A stretch of DNA of 64,000 nucleotides, from assembly GCA_958009085.1 (NCBI GenBank), contig OY253687.1, positions 682,001 to 746,000 of the forward strand, in the 5' to 3' direction. Of the stretch, positions 25,465-37,611 are shown piece after piece (within the stretch, counting starts at the first letter, position 1; every line of letters begins with the position of its first letter). The position numbers were made by a program, and so were the translations under genes. The notes under the pieces were generated by a model. It had not been told where the DNA came from. It saw only the letters and a program-made list of their open reading frames with translations, and searched no databases. The stretch is from Protoeuglena noctilucae (Eukaryota).

Positions 25465-25667
25465 TATTAGCGAAAACACAACAGAAGCGCTGCCACAGCA
25501 AAGACGTCACGCGGGCCCTCTCCAGGCGCGAAGAATCGAACGTACGCTACTCGAACGAACTGGGCGGGTCTGATCTGGGTCAGATCTCTTGGTTGGGAGG
25601 GCGAGCTGGCCATGACCTAATGGCCGCAGCGTTCTAACGCTTCCCACCGCCAGCCAGCACGAAATTC

Positions 25668-25867
25668 NNNNNNNNNNNNNNNNNNNNNNNNNNNNNNNNN
25701 NNNNNNNNNNNNNNNNNNNNNNNNNNNNNNNNNNNNNNNNNNNNNNNNNNNNNNNNNNNNNNNNNNNNNNNNNNNNNNNNNNNNNNNNNNNNNNNNNNNN
25801 NNNNNNNNNNNNNNNNNNNNNNNNNNNNNNNNNNNNNNNNNNNNNNNNNNNNNNNNNNNNNNNNNNN
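25668..25867. other. Assembly gap (200 N)
   Basis: Run of N. Confidence 1.
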
Positions 25868-25899
25868 GAGTCCCCGACGTCCTGTGACCAGACCCAGGC

Positions 25900-26193
25900 C
25901 TCGACGCACCTCCTAGGCGCTCCCGCAATCTCTCGAGGCCAGCTTCGACGTCGTCCGGGCCGTCGAGGGACTTCTCGCGCAGCGACCTGACCGACGCTGT
26001 CGAGGGCGCGGACTCCGGCGCTACCTTGGACCCAACAATAGCGCGAAGCATGATGAAAGATGGACGCCCTGGCTTCGTGGGCCCAGGTGATCGGCGACGT
26101 GACCCCCCGCCCGTGATTCTCAACGACGAAGCTGTCCCGTGCGACAATGATGCTGCTCTCAATGACTGCCAAGCGAGTGCTTTAAAGGGCTGA
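25900..26193 (+). CDS. Possible 3' exon of a small unknown gene whose 5' part lies in the gap
   Basis: Open frame ...TDAVEGADSGATLDPTIARSMMKDGRPGF...SALKG* with coding-like codon use. Confidence 0.25.
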   Translation, partial: LDAPPRRSRNLSRPASTSSGPSRDFSRSDLTDAVEGADSGATLDPTIARSMMKDGRPGFVGPGDRRRDPPPVILNDEAVPCDNDAALNDCQASALKG

Positions 26194-26429
26194 GAGAAGC
26201 TCTCCAGCTGCCTGTGCCCTCCCTCGTGCGGCACACCGGCACACGCTCATACGACGAGCAACATATCAGGCCTAACGCAAGCTGTACGACGACATACGAC
26301 TAAAGCAAGCAAGCTATGTTCTAAAGCTAAGAGCGCTGCATGGATAGAAATCAAATGTTAAAGGGCTGGTACTGAGAAGGGTACAATCGAGCACCGTGTT
26401 GTCATCCCACAACACGAAACGAAGAGTAC

Positions 26430-29400
26430 CTACGATCCGACGTCCGAGAACGGCCCGTTCTCGTCCCGCCCACGCCCCCGCGCACCTGCCCGCCGCCGGC
26501 CCCGCTGCGTCGCCGCCAGCCCCGGCAGGAGGAGCGATAGCGAGCCCCGCGCGTTGGAGGGCGCCGCGCCGGCCTCGGACAGGCGCACGGTGGCCGCGTG
26601 GCCCGAGCTCTCCGTCACCACGGAGCCCCTGCCGGCGCGATGGGCCGACCGACCCCCGCCCCGCCCCACTCCGTACTCCGACATGCCGGACCCCAAAGGA
26701 GTGCCCGGGTACGCAGCGGACGCGCCCGAGGTCGACTCGCTCACGACCGAGTTGTTCACGCTGCTCTTGCCCACCCGGCGGCCCGAGGGGACCTGGGGCA
26801 CGCTCACGGGGGGCGCGCTCGGCGGCGTGTGGTGCGACGTGCTGGCCCCCATTCCGGACACCCTCCGGGGCGGCGACATCGCCGCGGCGCCCGCGCCCGC
26901 CGCTGCCGGGCCCGCCTGGGCGGGCGGCACGCGCAGGATGGTCCCACTGTTGGAGCTGACGGTGCGCTTGAGGGTGCCTGTGCGCAGCATCTGAACCAGG
27001 TGCGTGGGCGCCGAGTGCAGCGACGTGAGCTCCATCTCCACCCGCGGCGAGCCGTCCGGGGACAGGGGAGAGAGCCCGGCCTGCACGCCGCCTGGCAGGC
27101 GGCGCAGCGGGGCGATTGTCGAGTGGGCCGACCCCGATGCCGTCTGCGGGGACACGGGGCAACACACGACATATCTCGATGGGACCGCTAGACGACGTCA
27201 AGAAGATGTATGAGGAGCATGCGTTGCTTGCACGCACAGGCTTGCACGGGTCCCCGCTCAGCCCCGCTGCTTGCTGCAACAGTGTCGCTCATGGGACCCC
27301 TGACCCACTGTGTCACCTGGGCGGACGGCGAGAGGTCCGCGGCGCCTCCGACCGTCGGTGCCTCCGAGCTCCTCTGCGCCCTCAGCGGCGGCAGCTCCGG
27401 GATGCTGGTGTGCGGCTGCAAGTCCGGCCCAGCCTCGCTGTCGTGGATGTTGTGGGGGCTCGGGTGCACCCTCGCCCGGTGCAGACCCCGCCCGGCTGGC
27501 CCATCCGTCCTCGATTCGAAAATTGCAGGCTTCTGCTCATGCCTGCTGGTACCCGGCGCCCCCTCGCTCCCTGACGCGGCCTCTCCCGTGCTCGCCACGC
27601 GCAGCCCCGATCCCCTCGCGCTCCCCGCATACGCGTCACGCCGGCTCCACCCGCCGCTCCGCCGGCTCCCGCCGTCGCTGCCCCGGCCCGTGGAGCCGGG
27701 CCCCGGCTGCCCCGGACCCGACAGGTCCGCCAGTCCTTTCAGCACGTTCGGCGAAGACAAAGACAAAGCGTCGCTGCCCCGAGGGGCGGCCCGGAGATCC
27801 GTCGCGGCGCTGTCCGTCCACCGCCCCCGCGGCTCTCGCCCAGTCACCGCATGCGCGACCTCCGGGAGGGACGCCCGCACCAAGGGGCTGCCCTGGGCCG
27901 GCGAGGTGTCCAGGGCGGGCAGCACTCGCAGGCCCGACTGCGGGTGCGCCGGGGGTGCCCCCGGAGGTCCCGCCGGCCATGCCCGGGGCGCCTCGTCCCC
28001 GCCCTCGCTGATACCCATCGCGAGCAGCTCCGTGGCGGCACGCCGACGGTTCTCAGCCGGCGCGTAGATGGCCTGCCCGCCCCGGAGCACCGTCTCGAGC
28101 AGCGGCTCGGACAGGAGCGACTCCACGGTGTGCGCCTGGTCCGTCCCCACACCCCCGGAGTCCCGGGCCGTGGCGCGTGCTGCCGCCAGCCACCGCTGCC
28201 GCGTGGGGCTGTCGCCGCCCTCTTCCGCTCCGCCGAGCCCCAGCGAGGTAGCCGCCGCCGGCCGCCTCTCGACCATCGGGGCCACCGCTTGGGGCCGCGG
28301 GTGCACGTGAATGACCATCGGACCGGCCGCCTGCGCCGCGGCATTGTCGCCCACCGACCCCGTCCTCATCAGCTTCAGGAAGTGATCACTGAGAAAAGAA
28401 ATACGCTAGGCATCGATGAGGGATTTTCTCTGCATGTGTTGCATTGCCAAGGAGCCACGGGAAGTAGTGATACAGCCCACCCAAGGGACCGCGAGACCAG
28501 CACACCGTTGGCCCCATCCCATCGCTCCGTCGTAACAGCCCATAGCAGCTCAGGTGCCACTCAGACTCCACGCGAGCCACGCGCGCGCTCACCGCTCCTC
28601 TTGCGCCACATGCTTTCGCACCACGGGGTGGTCCAGCACGCCCTCCGCGCTCGGTCGGTCCGCGGGCTGCTCCGCCAGGCACCGCTCGACCAGGTCCCGC
28701 TCCAGGTGGGCCAGGGTGTGCGGGAACTGCATGTTGCGCTTGATGATACGCTGCCGTACCTCATCGGGCCCCGACCCCGCAAACGGAGACAGCTTGCTGC
28801 CGGACAGGAGGATGCACAGCAGGCACCCCAGCGCCCAGATGTCGAGCTTGTGGGTGTAGGGCCGCCGCAGGTCCTCGGGCACTTCCTCCCGGGCAGCCGC
28901 GAAGCCCCCCTGGGCGTTGACGGTCACTTCGGGGGCAGAGAACTCCACCTGCCCGACATCGCCCGTCACGGGCCGCTCCTCCGCAGCGTTGATGCACCAG
29001 TCCCAGCTCGACAGCGCCACCTCCCCGGATGGCCGAACCACCTGCGGGGGCGGTGGGGGCAGACCAGGTGCGTCGTTGGCAATCACCAGGCCATAACACC
29101 GCGCTTTTGCAGGGATGCGTCAGGAATGCACGCGGGGTGATACAAGGGCACGCCAAGGGCGAAGGGCGGCACACTGGCCGCCTGCTCACCAGCGCCTTTA
29201 TGCTCAAGTTGCGATGCAGGATTTTGAGCTCGTGCAGGTAGCCCAGGGCGGAGACCACGGGGCACACGACGCGAACAAAAAGGGCCCGACTGTCCTGTTG
29301 ACACGAGGCAATGATCTCGTGCGATGGCTGCGCACGGGGCAGGGGAGCGGACAATGAGATCGCCGCCACAGCTGCAGGGTCCGTCGCGCGCGCTCTTCGC

Positions 29401-29900
29401 GCTGCGGTGCACCTTTGTCAGCTCCTGGACGATGTACAACGAAGTGGCGTCGTCGAAAACGGCGAAGATGGGCACCAGGTGGGGATGGGAAATGCGCGAG
29501 AGGATCAGCAGCTGTCTCCGCACGGCGCGCTCTTGTGTGGCGTTCAGCCTAAACTTGCGTACGCGCTGCGGGCGGGGTCGCGGGCAGGATCCAATCGCTG
29601 GTGTGCACCGCGCGTACCAAATAAACGGAGGATGCTCGCAAACCGGGCCGCGCTCGCCTTGATCGCCACGGTAGTGCCGGAGACGGTGTCACGGCCCTCA
29701 AAAACCTCGCCCAGCAGCCCCTCGCCCAGCTTGCGCATGACTGAGGGGGAGCGGCGGGTGGTGCGTGAGGGTCTTGTGCCAACGCGATGGTGGGCCGAAG
29801 CGAGCGCGCGCGCGCTCACATGTGAACCTCTTGAGATCCCACGCCGCCGAGGCGTCCTGGAAGAGCGCGCGCGGGCAGGCCGCGCCGAGCATTGGCAGCT
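26430..29900 (-). CDS. Aurora/CAMK-like probable pseudokinase with long disordered C-terminus (5' exon unresolved)
   Basis: LGEGLLGEVF, VAIK, HPHLV, ILHRN, SAPEV, KLDIWALG, ADRPSA. Spliced in phase (QEER|DHFLKLMRTG) to the 28369-27316 and 27146-26430 exons. Confidence 0.8.
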
Positions 29901-30639
29901 GCGAAGCAGGGAAACGACCAGGACTTCAGCTCACGCGGGCACGCAACGCCGAGCATTGGCAGCTGCGAGGCACAGACGCGGCCAAGTTTAAAGCTTGGAT
30001 GGGGGAGACGTGGGCTGCGGCCGCGTCGCTGATTTGGCCGCCCGGCTGAAATGGTGGCCATCTCAGCCGAGGTTACGCGCGCTCTCGTGTGCCAGCGCCT
30101 AAGAGACATCGCCAGCCCGTTGGCCAGTAATCTCACCGTAATGCCGTGCCATTCGGATGCTCGCTCGGCTCCGCTTTTCGATCCAAAGCCCCGGTTCGGG
30201 GCCCCGCTGGCGGCCGACATGCGGCCCAAAGGCCTCGGGAGGCCCCCCGAGGTCAAAAGGCAGCGAATGACCGCGGTGATGCGTCGCTGCGACGATTGTG
30301 GCCGATTTCGTGCCCGCCAGAAACACAGGGGTAGATTTGACGGGGCCTCTGTGGCAGGCGCTGCCGTGGATCGACAGCAGGCGGCTGGAGGGGAGGATAG
30401 TTTACAACTCCTCCTGGTATGCAGTCCTTCTCGACGAGAAAGCACCGTGGTAGTGCTACCATCGCCTTCACATTGCGTGCGTGGGAACAGGGACATACCG
30501 CGTAGTAGACAGGCATCAGGGAGAGGCAAGCGACGAGGGCATATGCGGCGTCACTTGGTATCCGCTAAGCAGGCGTGGCGACAGCGACAGGGCAAGCGAC
30601 AGGAACGCGTGCGGCATATGCGTCACTTGCACAGTAGGA

Positions 30640-33600
30640 TTACTTGCTGTACGGAGCATCGATCCTCGCCCAGTGGCAGATCTGCTCGTACTTCTCCGCC
30701 GCCTTGCCCCAGCTCAGGTCCTTCTCCATGCCCCTCCGCATGATCTGCTGCCACGACTCCTTGTGCAGCCAGTACGTCTGCAGGGCCTCCCAGGTCGCGG
30801 CCTTCAGCCCGTCCGCATTGCACTGCGTGAACTGCCACCCGGTGCCCGTGTTCTCGAAGGGCTTGTAGGGCTCCACCGTGTCCCGTAGGCCCCCCGTGGC
30901 GTGCACAATGGGGATGGTGCCGTACCGCATCGCGTACATCTGCACAGGGAGCGGGAGAGAGAGCTGGGAGGTCCAGCTTGCATGAGCATGGGAGCTCGAG
31001 CTTGCACGCAGCCATCACGTCCACACATGCAGCATCGCACGCCGCAGCCACGCCCACCTGGCTGAGCCCGCACGGCTCGAAGCGGCTGGGCATCAGGAGG
31101 ATGTCCGCAGCAGCGATGAGCTTGTGAGAGAAGCCCACGTTGAACCCCACCCACGCACGCGCCGCATGACGGTTCCCGCCCTCCACGGCCTGCGGGGCGA
31201 CAAGGGGAGGCGACAACACATGGGAAGGTCCTCAGTCTAAGGAAAGCCCTGGCTATGCGAGACTCCCAACCCTACCCTAACACCACTCTTCTGCCACCCT
31301 GTTTGCGACTTACTCCCCACCCACCTCAACCTGCCCCATCCCCATAGCCCCTCACCCGCATCCAGTCCTCCAGGCCCTTCTCCCCCGCCCCCAGATACAC
31401 CACTTGGCACCCGTGGCTGATCAACCACGGCGCTGCCTCCAAGGCCATGTCCGCGCCCTTCTGATAGTCGAGGCGACCAATGAAGGCCACCAGGGGCGCA
31501 TCAGGGCGCTGCGTGCACGAAGGAGTCGAAAGTTGCTGACATTTATGCGGGCTCTCGACATCACCACCTACCGCCTACCGCCATCCTACCGCAGTTACAC
31601 TCGCCGCCCCCTTTACCCCACAGCTCGCCACCTGCACCCCCTCGCCTCCAGCAGCCTTCACTCCCCCTTCACCCCTCCAGCACACCCCCCACCCATCCCC
31701 TCACCTCCAGCAGCCTTCACTCCTACCGCACCCCCTCACCCCTCAAGCACCCTCTGCACCCCCCCTTACCCCTTAAGCACCCCCCCACACCCCCTCACCT
31801 CCGGCAGCCCTTACTCCTTCTGCAGCTCCCTCTTGCACGCGGCCTTCCCCTCCAGGACATCCTCGACGCCGTAGTTGCGCGGCAAGTGCGTGTCCGTCGC
31901 CGGGTTCCAATCCACCTCGTCCACCCCATTCAAAACCCCGTCCACCACGAACCGACGAGACCCCAGCATCCACTCCATGCCCCACCCGCCCTGGGGGGTC
32001 TGTATCTCCTGCAGGGGGGCACAGGAGACGCGAGATGAGAAGCTGAGGGCTACGTCTGTAGTAAAACTCTATCATCCATGCCTACGTCTGCTCCCTTCCG
32101 CGTGCAGCGTCTCTCACCTCTACCTCTGCCCCACACCCCCTCAACCCCCCACACCCCCTCACGCGTCACCCACCTGAGAGAACGTGGGCGACACGGTGAC
32201 GATGCGATCGGCCGTGGCAATGGCGCCCTTGAGGGTGTTGACCGCACGGCCCTCCTCCTCGTAAGCCCCGCTACGCAGGTGGGGAGGGTACTGCCACTCC
32301 AGCGCACCGTACCACTCATCGGGCAGACCCAGGGAGCTGAAAGTCGCGGGAGGGAAGACACCCTGGTACCTGCGAGGGGGGCAACGGGGTAGCAAGAATG
32401 GCAAATGAGAAGCATTACAAGACAGGCGCATGACACATGTTGCTGGGACGGCACAAGTACAACAGCGAGGGCGTGTTTTGGGATGGTGGACTAGCACGAG
32501 TTTGGCAGCGTGGATCGTCTCACCTGAGGTTGTGGATGGCCAGGACGGTGCGTGCGTCGCGGTAGGTCCCGTGGCGGCGGTAATGCGCCGCCACGTAGAC
32601 CGGCACGAGCCCCGCGTGCCAGTCGTTGGCGATGAACACGCAGTTCTCCCCATAGACCCCGTCCTCGCCCAGCTCGAGCTGCAGGGGCGCCTCCAGCGCC
32701 GCCAGGCACATGAGCTTGTACCGCCACTGGTTGTCCCCGTAAGTGCCGTGGGCGTCCCCATAGAGCCCGCCGGGGCGCTGGTACGAGGGGTGGTCGATGA
32801 ACACGTAATCGACGTTGTTCTTGACCTCGTGGAAGAACCCCACCTCCGCGCCGTGGATCACGCAGCGGTGGCCCGTGTCGAGGGCCCCGGGGTAGTTGTC
32901 GTACCTGGGGGTGAGAGAGAGGGGAGGTGCGGTGAGAGGGTGGGCGAGGTGAGGTGAGGTGAGGTGAGAGGGTGAGCGGGGTGAGTGAGGTGGGTGAGCA
33001 CGGAGCTGGCCATAGAGTAGCACCTGGGGGTGACCACCATCACGCGGTGGCCGCGCGCGGCGAGCGCCTCGGGCAAAGACCCCATCACGTCCGCCAGGCC
33101 TCCCGACTTGCTGTACGGCTCGCACTCGCTCGTCACAAAGACGAGGTCCATTGCCGCGATGCCCTCGGGCCGCTCCACCAGCACCCGGCGGCGCCCGGCA
33201 GGCTCCTGCGTCTCGCCGTCGCTGTTCTGCGGCTCTGCGGGGCGACGCGGAGAGGACGATGCGCATGAGACGAGATGGTATCCTACCGTCCTGGGCGGCA
33301 AGGTGCAGGGGCTGGTGCAGGCTCGTTTGGCGCGGCCGCGGCAAAGGTGCGCCGGGAAAGGGACCAAGGATAACAGGCAAAGCAAGCGCGCACTTGCCGG
33401 TGCTCTCGATAGTATCCGCCACGGCTCCCTCCGCAGCGTCCAGCATGCGGTCATCGGCAATGTAGGTCTCGACCGCGCTCGCGGCCTCCACGGTCCCGGG
33501 CGTCCACGTGGTCTGGCTCTCGACACCATCGGTCGGCTGCGCAGCACGAGGGCGGCGAACGTGGCTTCAGTCTCGCTTCTCGAGCCCCAAGGCTCCCGAA

Positions 33601-33809
33601 AGCTCGCGCGCTCCCGCCGATGAGCAGCGCGCCGGCGCCCGGGCACCGCGAGCTCGCAATGACGTTCCATTTGACGCGCAGGAATGCAGCAAAGGCCGCG
33701 GAGGCGCGGCGAGGGCGGCCGGGACTAACGATCCCTGCGACCTCGAGGCCCCCCCCCGCGGCCCCCCAGCGTGGCAAGCGCTACATCCGGCAACGAGGGA
33801 CACCGACAT
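30640..33809 (-). CDS. SS1: Soluble starch synthase I (GT5), chloroplast; one in-frame TAA at 31813-31811
   Basis: [72 protein letters not shown]-like C-terminus WARIDAPY. Transit-peptide-like first exon is tentative. Confidence 0.92.
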
Positions 33810-34223
33810 CTTTTCGCGCCCGCCCCCCGATCGCCCGCACCTCGGCTCGGGGCACGACCAGTGGCCGCCGAGTCAAACGGGCGCCCTGAGACCCGATGTT
33901 CCGTCGTGCGACATGAGCCCCGTCCAGCGCTCTCGCCCGCGACGAGGCCGCGGCGAGGGCGCCTGCCAAACGCATCCTCCACTTGAAAGTTGTCTTCAAA
34001 AAAAATTAAGAGCTACCAGACGTCGCGCTCCGCGCCATCATTCGGACTGAGCAAGCCCGCCCCGACAGCGAGCGGATGAACCGGCGCCGGGAGCCCCTGC
34101 CACCCCACACACAAGCGCCAGACGCACACAGCCGAAATCCTGCGGCGCGAGATCCAGCTTGCCGGCCCGGGGGCACACGGCAGGGCGGAGTCAGGCGACA
34201 CGCACTCGCGCCTGGTGGTGACG

Positions 34224-35665
34224 TCACGCCTGGCGCAGCTGCTGCTGCAGTCGCAGCACCTGCTCGCGCTGGTGGGGCTCGAGCTTGGCAATCTGCTCCG
34301 GCGTGAGCCTCAGCACTTGGTCCAAAAGCCGCTGCTGTTCCGGACTGACGGCAGGAGCCGCAGCGGGCGGCGGGGCGGCCGCTGCGGGGGCCCCGGGCGC
34401 TGCTGCAGGGGGGGCCCGTGCCGGCACTGCCCAGGTCCCCTGCCGCGCAGGCGCGGGCTGCGCGGGCGGGACGGCGGCAGCTGCTGGCGGCGCATCGAAC
34501 TGTTGACCTGGATAGGGGCTCGCGCGGAGGGGCGGACCCGGCCGAGGGGGCCCCGCTTCATACGACGGGCCAGGGACCGGGGGCGTGAAGCCCGACCTGC
34601 AGGCACGCGCGACAGAACACTTGTCGACCCACGTGCGCGCGGGCATGAGAGCGAGCCGGGCGCCGCGTGAGGGATGCGTCGGCCAGCAGGGGCACGCGTC
34701 CTACGTCACGCACCCGCCCGCGGAAGGCCCCCGGGCGCCGTTGTCCGGCGGCGGCGGCGGCACGACGAGCCCGAGCAAGATCTCCGCCTGCAGCAAGGCG
34801 CGCGTGAGCTGCGGGTGCGTGACCAGCAGGTGCCGGGCCTGCGTTGGGTCGTCTTGCAGAATCCCCTTCATCTGCGAGAGCACCTCCCACAGCTGCGCCT
34901 CTGTCAGCCCGCTCAGCACTTGCGTCACGGCATCCGGACGCCCCTGCCGGTCCGTCACCGGCCCTGGCGCCATCACGGCGACGCCGTCCCCCGACTTCAT
35001 CGCTCGGTCTGCAAAGCGCCGGGGGATCAGCGGTCGCGCAAAGGCGGGGCTTCATCAGCAAAGACGACACATACATTTGTGTCGTGACAAGACATGCTTG
35101 AAGACAGCGCATGCCAGCCTCGGGCCCAGCGGGAAGGCAGCGCGGTGCCTTTCCGACTTGCCTGCGCCAATGGGCGGCCCCTCCCGGCTCGCACGCTCCC
35201 ACAGCGGGTCCCTCTGCACCCCACTCCACCCCCCGCCACCCCCGCCGCCCCCCGTCCCGCCCTGGGCGGCGCGAATCTGCGCCAGCGACTCCTCGTCGTC
35301 GACCGCCGTGTCAAGGCGCAGCGCCCGCCCCCGAATCTGCGAGCCCTGCAAGTGCCGCTGCGCGGCGACGGCCGTCTCGATGTCGTAGTACTCGACGAAG
35401 CCAAAGCCCCGGGGCTTGCCGGAGTCCTTGTCGTAGGCAAGCCGCACGCCCTGCGCAGGCGGGCGGGAACGGCGGGGTTAGGGTCCCATCGCAGCGCACC
35501 CGCGGACGTAGAGGATCACGGATCGCAGAGCCGGGGACGCACCTTCACCGGCCCGACGCTCCGGAAGTGCGCATCAATCTCGGCCTCGGTGGCATCGTAG
35601 GGGAGGTTCTTCACGAACACGGTCCGCGTGGGCGGCACGGACGTGCCAACCTCCCCCCGCCACAT
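34224..35665 (-). CDS. CSTF64: Cleavage stimulation factor 64-kDa subunit (RRM + hinge + C-terminal domain)
   Basis: TVFVKNLPYDATE, DKDSGKPRGFGFVEY, hinge QLWEVLSQMK...ARHLLVTHPQL, C-terminal LLDQVLRLTPEQIAKL. Confidence 0.92.
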
Positions 35666-36343
35666 CCAAAGGACGCCGCTCCCGCGATGCTCCTCGCCCC
35701 CGGGCGGCTATCGGGTGAAATGGTGGGCCGCCAGCCCGGACCGTCGGGAAAGCCAGGGAACGTGCGCGTAAATGGGCTCTTCTTGCCATGGGCGTGGCGT
35801 CGGCGCAGCGTTTGGGCTGAGCTGGCAACGGCGTGTCAGAGTTGGTGTTTCCTGCGCCGTTGGAGCCCGAGAAAGCCCCTCTCGGCGGCCGCGAGCGTCT
35901 GTTTTTCAACCTCTTTTGTCGCGTTGGGATGGCACATACCGCCACCCCGATGTTGGATCCTAATCTCCAGTCCCCCCAAACAGAACTGTGACGAACGCAC
36001 CCGCCGCAACGACCGCCCCTCAAGGTGTGTTTTTGAATAGACCACACGCTGATGCCCCGGGTGCGCCCCGTCGGGGGCGCAAACGCCGGCGCACGCGTCG
36101 ATCCCTGGGGAACTTGTTAGGGCCGCCTCCCGGCGCCGCGGGGGTCCCTCCTCCCTGTGTCTTTCCTCTCTCGCGTAGGCTTGTCGCGTCTCTCGGTCCT
36201 TATGGCGTCGGTATCGCCGCCCGGGGCCCGACAGGGCCTGGCGCGCGGGCGGGGCGCTGCGTGGGGTTTGCGCCCCCCCCGCGCACCCTAGACGGCGCCC
36301 GGCACGCTTCTTCCGCGCCGAGCGACCTGATTGGGGAAGGAAG

Positions 36344-37251
36344 ATGGCGGTCGTCGCTGCGCCGAATCCTTCCGTGTCCCGCGCCGCGGCCAGCGTCGCT
36401 GTTTGTTGCGTTCCAAACTTGGCACGCACCTCTGTGCGCACGATGATCGCCGTCGCCCACATCGGCTCCACCATCGGAGTCCGTGGTCGTCCGACCGCAG
36501 GCGCCGCCCGGCCCGCTCCGGCCCGGCGCGGCATCTGCGCAGCGGCACCGCCTGAGGGTGCAGGTGCCCTGGACGCGGTTTTCTTGCCGCTCCAGCCCGC
36601 GATCCTGTCGGAGCAGAAGCAAGTGGATCTCCCCGTCCCCGTCGCCGTGGAGTCCAAGATCAGCGCTGCCTCGGGTGCGCGGGCCAGCGGTTAGAATTTC
36701 GTGGAATCTGTGGCCCCCGCGCGCCGCGCAGGAGCCCTGCGCGCCCCCGTTGCGCCCCTGACGTTTTCCTTACTACTATTTGTGCCCCTCTCATGACCGC
36801 GCGCCTGCGTCGGCGGGGCGTGCGCCCGCGACGAGATGCTTGCGTGTTGCCCATGCGCGCCTCCGCGCGCGGCCCGTGCGCGCCCGCCGCGCCCCGACGC
36901 CCGCGTCACCCGCTTCCTTTTCGTTACCCTCTCGCAGACTGGATTCGCCGCCACCTCGTCGTTGCGCGTGGGTCAGTTCCCCTCGTCCCTCCCACCCCCG
37001 TCCCCACTCCGCGCCAGATTAAAGTCAAGGCAGCCTCCGGTGAGCTTTCCCTTGGGACGTCGTGGCACCCGGCTCTCGCGGACAATTGTTTTCCGTAGCC
37101 CTGCCTGCTCTCTTTTGCCGCCGCTGCCGCCGCCCTTCCCACGCCCTTCCCCCGCCCCCCTCGCGCAGACTGGATGCGGCGCCACCTCAGTGTCGCCCGC
37201 GGCGGCGACATCATCAGCGCCGATTCCAGCAAGGGTAACTCTCGTCCCTGA
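36344..37251 (+). CDS. Small, probably plastid-targeted protein with two K(I/V)xAASDW(I/M)RRHLxVARG repeats (3 exons)
   Basis: Exons 36344(or 36443)-36674, 36938-37039 and 37169-37251 are joined by phase-1 GT-AG introns. N-terminus is Arg/Ala/Ser-rich. Confidence 0.6.
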
Positions 37252-37611
37252 ACCCACCCGGTTGTCAAGCGAGCACAGGCGCGGGTACACGCGCAGAGCA
37301 GTAGATAGGTAGTCAGATGCTTGGGCAGATTCCTCACGGGTGAGCCGTTGCTGAGGAGCGGAGAGCGCTTGTGCTGAGGCCGCGCTCTTTCCCAAAGAGC
37401 GCGGGTCATGGTTCCACCGACTGGGTTTGACATGACCGACTGGCGATGGGCCGTGACGCACCGACCGGCCCTGCAGCCCCACATTGACGCATGGACGCCC
37501 GCGATGTGTCTCTTGATGTCCCCGGCATGCGTTTGAAACGGCAGCTGTGCGACTGGGGACTAACCAACCTCGGGCTATGCAGCTAAGGAGGCATATCGCC
37601 TTACACATAAG

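Noticed and set aside
31811..31813. Alternative nuclear code (TAA/TAG = Gln, as in some ulvophytes)
   Set aside because: Several genes here end at TAA or TAG in expected positions (COG0523, SSI, IFT25), Gln is encoded by CAG/CAA throughout, and this is the only in-frame TAA I found in a conserved gene.
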